From positions 1 to 64,000 of the forward strand of contig WELA01002782.1 in NCBI GenBank assembly GCA_009602735.1: a stretch of DNA of 64,000 bases, read 5' to 3'. The stretch comes from Mesotaenium endlicherianum (lineage: Eukaryota). A program made the translations under genes and the position numbers. Below the pieces are notes generated by a model that saw only the letters and a program-made list of their open reading frames with translations, ran no database searches and had not been told where the DNA came from. Numbering within the stretch: position 1 is the stretch's first letter; the number at the start of each line of letters is the position of its first letter. Below are positions 10,580 to 20,747 of the stretch, piece after piece.

Positions 10580-12307
10580 ATGACCCAGAAGTCTGAACTC
10601 AAGAGGAAAAAAAGAGCGGACGAGGCACAGGCGGAGTACAAGGAATTCCACGGCGACATCGAATTGTCCTCCATATCATCTCGAGAATTTGAGCGACTCC
10701 GACTGCTGCGGGAGGCTCAGAAGAAGAAGGGTGAGGAAGAACAAGCCAGGCTGAGGCAGGAAGAGCAAGACAAAAAAGTTGAAGAGGAAGCCAAGAGGGC
10801 AGAAGAAGACAAACAAGCTGAGGAGAGGCGGAAGCAGCAAGCTGAAGAAGATTAGAGGAGGATCAAAAGCTATTGCTACAAGGTGATGGGCAAGGACTTT
10901 GATTTTTTGGAGGAAGCCTTCAAGTATGTCTAGAGAAGCCGAAGTGAGTCACAAAAGGACATAGTCCAGCGGGACGCTTTCAAGTATGTCTAGAGAAGCC
11001 GAAGTGAGTCACAAAAGGACATACTCCAGCGGGAGGGGAAGACATCCCCAAACTTTGACAAGTACATAAAGGTCAGCACAGGGCTCCAACTGGCCCATGA
11101 CAATGCCGGTATAGGATATACGATCCGGGAGGCTAAGGCACTGGTCCAGATGAACAAATCTGAGGCTGTGCCAATACCTGGGATCTGGGGTACAGACAGG
11201 ATCATCAGATTGATCCCTATGGACTCAGACAGCTTCAAGAATGCCACTTCCTACAACCGGTTCAAGGCCATGTATAACGAGGTGGAGAGAAGAAGCTGGA
11301 AGTTCTTGGCAGTGGAGACCAGCCAGCTAAACTTGTCGGGACACTGGTAGCCCTGTTCTCTGAAGAGGACAGACCTTGCTTTCTTCCTGCAGCCCACTAA
11401 CTGGCGCTGGATGATCATCAACATGAGGGACCAGCTAAATGACAGAGCTGATGAAGACGATTTCTTGGCAAATTTGCAGGGGAAAGTAGTGCTGCCACCT
11501 CACATTGCAGCATGGGACCCAAGATTGGATGGAGTCAGGGACTGCATGAATCAGGAGACGCAGGAGGATAGGACCAGGGTTAGAGATTCCTTCTCTAAGG
11601 GGAAGCATGCTTAAGCCAAATGGGCAAGTAAGCAGGGGGAGAAAGATTTGTATGCAATCAGGACCCAACAACCCCCACCAGCACCCAAAAGGGGGAGGTC
11701 AGTAGGATACTCTTTTTCTCGGGAACGGCTGGAGGAGATGACCAGAGAGACTCCAGAAGTCTCAGAGGAACAGGAGAACAAAGAGGAGGAAGGCGTAGGA
11801 GAAGAGTCTAGCCCTGCTGAGGCACAAACCCCTGCTACATCCCCCACTCTGCAGGTGACTGGGCGGTACTTGGCACAGGCAACCTTGCAGCAGCTTGGGG
11901 ATACCAGCCCACCAGGAGATCCAGAGCTCCAGTAGCTAGGAAGTTTCAGCAGGAGGAGCCCGACCCCAGGAGGTGAGACTCAGGCAGACAGGGCAGATAG
12001 AAGGGCTGCCAAGGAGGCAGCCAGAGGTCAGCCAGCATCCCCCTCTCATAGAGGGCATAAACCCTTAGCCCATGTCATGCAGCACCCTTCTGGCATGCCA
12101 GTGTATGTTCCTGTCAGTTTGAGAGCTGCACAGGAGAGGGCTGTCTCCATCAACTTGCAGATTGTGCAAGAGAAGGCTGCCCACTTGCTACGTTCACCTC
12201 TCGGTTCACCTTGGTCTGAGCCCCCGGATTTTTGGAGACCACCAGATAAGAGACGAAGGTACAGGTCCAGGTCTCGCTCCCCAAAGGATAGAGCCCCTGG
12301 TACTTAG
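10580..12307 (+). pseudogene. Accessory ORF of the chromovirus (~575 codons, unknown function; N-terminal charged coiled coil, central globular region, acidic/Pro/RS-rich C-terminus)
   Basis: ORF pieces 10409, 11150, 11411, 11648 and 12077 are all in one frame, joined through six in-frame stops with no frameshift; ATG at 10580. Confidence 0.82.
10916..11034 (+). repeat. 60-bp tandem duplication inside the accessory ORF
   Basis: GCCTTCAAGTATGTCTAGAGAAGCCGAAGTGAGTCACAAAAGGACATAGTCCAGCGGGAC is repeated nearly perfectly. Confidence 0.95.
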
Positions 12308-12404
12308 TTTGCTGATGTCTTTGTTTAGAGTCAGCCTGCTCTTGTGTGCATATGTAACAGTTAACAGGTGTTGTCGAGTCGACAACAATTTAAGTTGGAG
12401 GGAT

Positions 12405-13138
12405 TGTTATGAATCAGTATATTGGATAGATATAATATTCATTCCAATATAATAGTCAAATAAGTTCAACCTGCTGAACTTTAGCTAATATTAAGCCTGC
12501 TAAATTTCTAGTACTTTGTTTAATGACTCAGCCGGGAGCAGCAGGTTAAAGTCAAGTAAGTCAGCCTGTTGACTTAGGTCAGCTTGCTGACACATTCTTT
12601 GAGAGTCAACTGACTGCCGTACTCGGTAGCAGCGGAGTGCCTAGTTACGCATCTAAGTGTGGTGTGCAAGATAAATGGCCAGATGACATCCCTTGGGTGG
12701 ATGGCGATTTGGGATGATGGAAGATGGCTGTGGATTTGGTTAGCCAAGATCCTACCAATGTGGTTAACTCCCGAGTAGGTGGTGCCATCGCACTTGCCGT
12801 TGAACTGTAAACTCATTCCATGTACACATGCTAGGTATTGCTCTCGAGTTCGGCATTTGGAAACGAAGCCAACTTTCTTGTATCGCTTACTGAGAGACAT
12901 CTGAATCCAAAGCAAGAAGCTATTGATGCAAACTGTCTTCTAACCTTGCTTATGTTTGAGTTCACTGATTGCATGATTGATGCTTGTTTACTTGCATTTG
13001 ACTTATGAGTATTGTCAACTGCTAGTGTAATGTCTTTTGTTGTTAAATCAGCTAACGAAAAATACCATAAAGATTACTTGCTGATATAAAGATCTTCTAT
13101 TATTTGTTAATCGCCTATTGGTAAGTCGATTCATTTCA
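12405..13138 (+). repeat. 3' LTR (734 bp) of chromovirus copy B
   Basis: TGTTATGAATC...GATTCATTTCA, preceded by PPT AAGTTGGAGGGAT; diverged homolog of 731-1451. Confidence 0.9.
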
Positions 13139-13286
13139 ATGTCCAGCATAAGACGAGAGGCGCGGGGAAGCACAGACGGGCGCGACATAGCACGGCTCAG
13201 CAGGGCACAGGTGGCAACGCCCCACACCACCTTGCCGCCACCGTCAGGATTCGGACTAGGGGCTCCGAAGTGGACCATAATATAGC

Positions 13287-15218
13287 CAACACATACTCGC
13301 GCTCGAAAACAATTGTTTTTCGAAAATTCCTCCGAAGGTGGGTTATTCAAAAAATGCGCAATTTAGATAGGTCCGGAATTCAAAATTGGTGCTAATTTCG
13401 TCGAGTTGTCGTGCCTAACAGTGTCGGTCCCTTGGCTCGTGCGTAGCTTCTCAACGCGGAGCCTTCGACCCGGTTGATGCGTCGGTGGTCCTTCTCGCGT
13501 GCGAGTGGTCCCTGGTCAACTGGTCGGTGCGTTGCTGCACGTGGGAATTCAACCGGGTTGATCAACCTTTGCATGTGTGTCGGTGGCAAGCTGGCTGAGG
13601 TTGACCAATTTTTGGTCTTCCTGCACTTGCATCATGCAGTGGAACACTCAGCATTCTGTGTTCTCCTCACCCAACCAATCCTCCACTCGTACACTCTCTA
13701 CACTTAGCACAATTTTGCCAAAAAAGTTTACCTCTTGTCAGTTCTCCTTACAGTAGGACAGACGCGTCTTACTTCCCCACAGGATTTTGCCCAACTTGAG
13801 GATTTACAGAATGAACAAATTTGTAACGTGCAAAAATCACGTCTAAGCAAATTAACGTGCAATGCCAGGTTCAGAGAAAATCGCCCACGAAGGCTTTTGC
13901 TTAACTTTCACAAAGTCAGTGGTTACAAAACTCTGAAACTAAGCATCTATGCTTGCCTGGTTCGAGCTCTTCGCTCAACACCGCGCCTTAGCAATTCACA
14001 CTGCTTGGCTAGACTCGCTCAGTTCTTCACTGAGAGCCTTACTTATTAATCTATCAACAATTCGACAATTGAGACTTCTGAAAACTTAAAAACTAACACA
14101 GCACTCACCATTTTATGTGCCTTTCGCACGCTTGTGGTGTTTGGTCCAAATCTGTGCTAGGCTCCTAGCAGATTCTATCTTGCAAGCTCTCTACCTTCTA
14201 TCAGCGAGATTTCTTCTTGGGAACTTCTTAGCTCTAACCTTTTTATGATACACTGAGAGGAAAATCTTCAAACGTCGGCAGAAGCGTGGCTTCTCGGCTC
14301 TTCTGTGACCTTAGGAACTCCTTCTTTTTCACGCTCCTTCTTCTCCTCCCCTTCTGCTCCTGCGCTCCCTTCTGCTCCTTGGCAAAGATGCGAGGGCAAG
14401 ATTGAGACAGCTTCATGCAATCCTCGTGCTTGTCCCAGGCACCATGCATACCACCCTCTCTTGAGAATGCCACCGCTTAGTCACAGCGCTTTAGGATGCA
14501 TGCCGTCCTTGCATTGCCACTCACAATCATCTTTAACAATTATCACTCAGCACGCATGCATGCCTCGTGATGTCGTGCGCGACTACTTGGCCTTTTGGCT
14601 GGCAATCACGCCTATGTGGCCTGTGGCTGGCAACGCTCGAGGTGAACGCCTAAGCTGCGACTTGTCACTCAAGGGTCCTTGCCGAGGTGGCACACAACCC
14701 CTTATAGCATTCCTGCTGTGGCTTGGCCCAATCGGCCAATCTAATCTGTGTTGCCAACGCTGGTCCCTAGCACTTAACCTTTCGGCTGACTTATCTGTCA
14801 AACTCCTACCCATCGCTGAGTGTGGGTTTGACTTGTCGTAGCCAACTCTTCCGGTGGCTACAACCTTGACCTAGCCGCTGACTTATTCTTTTTGGTCGGT
14901 GAGTCAATGCTGGCTTTCCGTACGTGGGCGGCCGTGGCTTGCGCTGCACTTGCGGCACCTTAAAATGGATAGAAGTCGCGACAGTGTCCCAGAAGCGGCA
15001 CCGGAACGAAATGCGATCCGAAACCTCCTTCCGGCGCGGCCCGTCGCCTCCCGACCCGCCAATTCGCGAAAGACGCGTCCTCCCACGTCCACCGACCTCC
15101 CCGGAACACGAAAACGGAATGTTTCCAAACTCGGTCACCTCTCAAAAAGTAATATTTCCAAACCAACCGAGACGGGTTTTTCGAAAAACATTTCGTTTCG
15201 GAGCGAGAGTATGTGTTG
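13287..15218. mobile_element. Non-autonomous TIR DNA transposon (1.93 kb), 7-bp TSD
   Basis: Imperfect ~40-bp TIRs (left CAACACATACTCGCGCTCGAAAACAATTGTTTTTCGAAAA; right reverse complement CAACACATACTCTCGCTCCGAAACGAAATGTTTTTCGAAAA), flanked by ATATAGC at 13280-13286 and 15219-15225; no transposase ORF recognised. Confidence 0.82.
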
Positions 15219-16000
15219 ATATAGCTGCTCTTCTTGAAAGTCGTCGGAAGTCGTCACAAACTGATCCAGCACGGTGATCGATCTTAGCTCGACAAACTTG
15301 ACAAGATACGACAAATTTAACTCGGGATGGCTCTGGATATCGGGATGCTCTGGATTGCTCTGGATGCAACGTGCGGCGTGCCACATCATGTACCAGGCTC
15401 CAGCCTGCTCAAGCCCACTCCAGCCCATGTCTGGCATTGTCTGGCGTCTCTGCAATCTGGTGATAGGAGTCGGGGACGGTGGCACTGAAGTCAATGGCAG
15501 TTTTTTCTAATGGAGCACCCGGCCTGACCCGGCCAGTTTGCGAGGACTGGCGAGGACACAGTTGACAAACAGGCTGCTCGGGCATCAGACGTCTCCTGTC
15601 GTCGCCATTGCCTTGAGCTATGGATTGTCGTAGGGACTTTGCAGCAAACAACTCTCGAGCTCTAGGTAGCTCTGGACTTAATTAGCTCTGGACTCAATTA
15701 TGATGCTAAGCATTCTTTACATTTTAACTGCTCAGAAACCTCTCCATCAGGCTATCACCTAGCCCTGGCCTTTGACTCTTCCTGATCATCACCGTCTGGA
15801 GGTCGCATTGGATAGTAGCCCAAGAAGTAGTAGGGAAATGCGATAACTCATAGTTTTGCCGATGGTGCATTGAAGACGTCTGACGTTTCAATTGAGAAGC
15901 ATCTACCATGCGTCTTTTCAGATAATGTCTTCATTGGAGACACAAAATGCGTGTTGTTATGAACTTTCTATAGGTGTCCCCCAACGATAGGGACTGCAAA

Positions 16001-19000
16001 ATGTTTAAGCTACCAGCGAAGGCACCAAGACGAGGGAAGCTTGTTGGAGCGGTATATGAATTCCTTCTAGTACTAATTGTCTTTTATATTCCCCTTCGAT
16101 GCAACGCAGAAGGCACACAAGAGAGTGAGCTTTCCTGTACCGCCTATTCTGGTGCCAGTTTTCTACCTTCTGCAATTACTTAGTGGACAACGGGTAAGAC
16201 TCGTCTGTGCGGAGTAGTCAGCAGGGTTGTAGTACAAGTGAAATATAACAAAACACTTCTGTCTGTCAAGCATTTCCTTTCATTCATAAATGCTTCCATT
16301 CATGGGTTCAGGTGCACATTCAACCAAACCGGAATAGGTGTTCACTGGGGCTTCACATCTTTGATCCTTTACATTCTGTGAAACAAAAGCTCGTCTCAAT
16401 TTGGAAGCAATCCTGACACCCTGTAGTCTATCGTATCCGAATGGCGTTATCCTCCATCAGGTGCTACCCTGACTCAGATAGGAGAGGCGTTGAACACAAC
16501 GGAGAAGTATCCTAGATTTGACCCCTGGGAGCAGCTGGTCGACTCATGCACATGGCGCTACGTCACCTGCTCTGGCACACACACATCCTCCATGTAAGTG
16601 AGTCTGCCATGGCTGGAGCTGGAGCTCATGCTCTCCCGCTTGCCTCCCCTTCAGCCGCAGGAGTGCTGTTGCTTCCGGCCATGTCATGCAATGTGCGAGT
16701 GGGCATTCCGGTACACATCTTCAAGCAGGTTGAGAGCTTGAGCTTAGCAGTGGCATCCTTCAAGATGCCCCGAGATAAGCAGGATAGGCTGTACACTGCG
16801 GCAAGCTGCCCTGGGAAAATAAGCGAACCGAAAGAGAGCAATGCAGCTACGGAAAATTTAAAAAGCACAAGAACAGAGAGACCTGCAACTGAAAGCGTCT
16901 GGAAGTTGAACTCTAGGCATGCGCACAATACAGCTCATGGCCACCAGTGGTCTGCAGCGATTCTGCCGTTTGCTCCTCATCGTGATGGAAGAAGGGGGGG
17001 GGGGGGGGCAGCGCGTTCATGATCAACGCCGGCCTGCAGTTTGGCACCCCGTCAATGGTCGGGTTTCGGTTCGTGGCGTGCTTCTCTGCTGCAGCCATGG
17101 CTATGCAACATGCCAGGAGGGTGATGCATAAAGTCTAACTCTCGGGGATGGAGTCCAGTTGGGACCAATCTCCTGCTCTCCTGCTCTTGCCCACCGCCGT
17201 CAAGCCTGCTGTATGAGCCCATTGGGGAGCGCCATGTGGCATGCTGCACATTTGTTCAATTGAGAGCGTGTGCGCAGATCTTAGTTGATGTGACTCGCCA
17301 ACCCCTTAAGTCGGCTCGCAGATGCGCATTTCACATGAGCAACAGCAGGAAGGAGAGAGAAACGAGGGTCTGGTGAGGTGGGGGGAGGTGGAGACGCCAG
17401 CACAGCCTCATGAGCTTCTTCACTTGTCCAGGAAGCAAGCCAGCAAGCCGGGAGGGTGCCTACCAGCTGCATATCCTGGGGGGGGCTAAGCTCCTGTCTA
17501 GATATGAGGAGTGCGGGGATGGGTGGTGTAGGGTGGGGTGATGTGGGGATGGATGATGTGAGGATGGGTGGTGCGGATATTTCCAGCCTGGGAAGGGGGA
17601 GTCGAGGCTGTGCACGTCAAGGGGGCCTAGATGGCTGAGTTGTGCTGACTGACTGCTAGGCGGGGTCGGTGCAAAGCTGACCGGCTGATTGACTGACAGC
17701 CGGCTGACTGGCTGACTGGCTGTCTGGCTGATGTGCCTTGTGCAGAACGCTCAACAATCTGGAGCTGCAGGGCACTCTGAAGGCTCTGATAGGGGAGATC
17801 ACGGAGCTGGAAGTGCTGTAAGCTCTCTCAGCACGCCTGGCCTCCCGCTGCTTTCCTCCCCTCTCCTCTTCCGAGTCTGCTGCTGGGTCCATGCCCTGGC
17901 TTGCTGCTTCCACTCTCCTCGGCGGCTTGTCCTCTTTTGCCAACACACCCCACGCCTGCTTGCTTGCAGTCGGCGGAAATCGCCGGTGCGTGCGTGTTTG
18001 CGTGCTCGTGTGTGTGTGGGCGTGTGTGTGTTCCCGGTGCCAGCTGTAGCAGTGATAGACGTGTCCTGCTCTCCCATTCCCAGTCCCCATTGGACATGTC
18101 CTGCTCGCCCCCTCGCGCCGTTGCCATGGCTCCCGGCGAAAGAGTTTGACAACCCTCACTCATGCTTTCGTTCATGCGTCAGTCTCTTGTGGCCTACGAT
18201 AGGACTCTGCAGTTGGGTATGCGTTGGGGAGTGCTTGCAACGAAGAGCTTGCGTCATTGATGGCATCGACGCTCTGCATCATACAAGAGCGTATTATCAT
18301 CCCTACATGTGCTCTCCTCTCGTGGTGCTCTGCTCTGCTCTGCTCTCATGATCCAAGATGGCGCGCTGTCGCGTCGAGGGCTTGTGACCGGCCTCCCCCC
18401 TAAGCACGCGTTGACTCTCCTTCTCCTCGTCTCCTCGTCTCCTCCTCCCCTTCCCTCTTGCTCGCAGGAGTTTGCGGAATAACCGCATCCATGGCTCCAT
18501 CGTGAGTGCCTCTCTCAACTCGTTNAGCAGCACCACTAGCAGAGATGCCTCCCCATCGCACGTCGCTTGTCTTCCTGACTGAGTGCAACTGCTGTCTTCT
18601 GCCGAGTGCCAGCTCCAATGCTTGCTGCCCCTCTTGCAGCAGGAGGGAGCATGCCAGGCCCAGTCAGCCAGTCTGTCAGTCAAACAGTCTGTCAAGCAGT
18701 CAGTCTGCTAGTCGGCCCAGCCATGCATGCATGCAGGCACCATGGGCCACACTTGCTCCTTTGAGCAGCGTGGGACTGTTGCTGCTGTTGCTACTGCTGC
18801 TGCTGCTGGATATCCATTCGCTGATTGCTTGCGTGCGTGGGGGAAAGGGGGGCAGCAAGCNNNNNNNNNNNNNNNNNNNNNNNNNNNNNNNNNNNNNNNN
18901 NNNNNNNNNNNNNNNNGGGGGGGGGCGCGGGGGTGTGTTGAGGGGACAGCCCAGCAGCGTGGGACAGCTGGCGAAGCTGCAGTCGCTGGATCTGAGCAAC

Positions 19001-20653
19001 AACAGCTTCAGCGGCTCTGTGCCGGCCAGCCTGGCGGACATTGCCACCCTCACCTACCTGTGAGCGCGCGCTCTTCGCCTCGCTTGCCTCTCCTTCTTCT
19101 TCTTCTTCTTTGAGGCGCCAGATTACGACATGTTTCCACCCGCCTCTGGAGCTGCTTGCGTGCTAGTGTGCTTGTGCCTGTGTGCGTGCATCCATGACGC
19201 GTCCCGTTCCAAGCCCGGCGGCCATGGATGCTCCTCCTCCATCATGTCGAGGAGGAGAGGACAGGTGTAGTGGGGGCGAGAGACGCTCAGCTGAGAGGCT
19301 CAGCGTTATGGTGTGTGTATGTGTTTGCCATGGAGCACGCCACCCGCCTTGCAGCGCACTCGCATGCAGGCATGCATGTCCTGTTGCCGAAAAGAGAGGC
19401 ATCGTCGAGAGCCCATGCCGCTGAAAGAGGAGCACATATACAACACCAGCTTTGTACTTCTGATAAAACCCCCTCCCTCCGGAAGGCCCTCAGTCTTGAG
19501 GCTTCAGGGCACTGATGGCCGGCCGGCTGGCTGCATGAAATACGAGAAAGGCGAGAGCTCCTTGCTGGCCTTGTGCGCTGCGTGTGCGCGCGCGCGCGTA
19601 TGCGCTCGTTGGGGAGGGTGCCTTGCTCATTCTGTGCTGCTGCTGCTGGCTGGCTGTGTGAGTGCGTCCTGCAGGAACCTGACGCACAACAACCTGTCGG
19701 GAGCAATTCCAAACGCCCTCGTTGCCAGATTCTCATGCTCCTCGTAAGCAGCCCCCCCCCCCCCNNNNNNNNNNNNNNNNNNNNNNNNNNNNNNNNNNCC
19801 CCCCCCCCCTGGAGCTGCTGCATGTGTTGTTGTCATTATTGTTGTTGGGGCCTTCCCAGAAGCTTAGTTTGTACAAATAGAGGGGGAGGGAAAAAGGAGA
19901 AGGAGGGAGGGAGGGGGGCAGAAAGGAGATTGCCAGGGGTAGAGAGAGGGTGGAAAATCTGACTTACTGGGAACACATGGCCTTCTCCTGGGCTGGGGCT
20001 GGGGCTGGGGCTGGGGCTTGTGGGGATTGCGGCGCATGCGGCGGATGCGGCAGCTTTGTGGGCAATGCAGAAGTGTGCGCAGACGGCTGCCCCAGCGTGC
20101 TGCCCAACTGCACGCTCCGTGAGTGCCCCAAACCCGGCCCATCCCTCCCCCTACCCTACCCCCCTCTCCACACGCACTAGCTGCGTGCCGAGGGCTGAGT
20201 GCTGAGCAGGCCTCTCCACCCTCCTTCCTGAGAGGAGCACGCAGGGTGGGAGGGAAGACAGCTGAGGTTGCTAACCTGGGAGCCGCTCCCGGCATTGCTG
20301 CTGTAGCCGCCGCCGCCGCTGCTGCTACTTCTCCCTCTCTGCGCCTCTTCTTGCCCCTGCCAATCACCATCCCTCCCTCCCTCTCTCCCTTCCTCCCCCA
20401 GAGTGGCCAGCTGGCTGTCGCGGGGCAAGTCTGGTCCGAAGCACATCACTGTCCTGTTAGTGGCTGGCAAGAGAGACGCACGGCCGGCCTCTCACTCTCA
20501 CGTCCTCGCGCCCTCGCCATCTGTCTATGAGGGCTGCGCCTCTTTGCTGACCACCAGTGGCATGAAGCAGGTCTCTTCCTACCACAGAACCAGAGGGTGA
20601 GGGGTTTGTGGGGGGACGGGGGGCCAATGCGTGCTGCCTTTAGGGTCTAAGTG

Positions 20654-20747
<94 letters not shown>

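Larger units (their letters stand above)
1452..13138 (+). mobile_element. Decayed Ty3/gypsy chromovirus copy B (5' part displaced outside the window), with nested insertions
   Basis: Domain order gag-PR-RT-RH-INT-chromodomain, then an extra ORF, PPT (12392-12404) and 3' LTR; many stops and frameshifts. Confidence 0.92.

Noticed and set aside
731..13138. Reading 731-1451 and 12405-13138 as the 5' and 3' LTRs of one element
   Set aside because: The first LTR is preceded by a PPT and 3' internal sequence, has no PBS after it, and the flanks share no TSD; both are 3' LTRs of different copies.
16985..17131. ORF ending ...YATCQEGDA, resembling the SERK EGDAL start
   Set aside because: It lies in intron 2; better exons 1 and 2 (16001-16124, 16461-16593) supply the signal peptide and LRR cap in correct phase.
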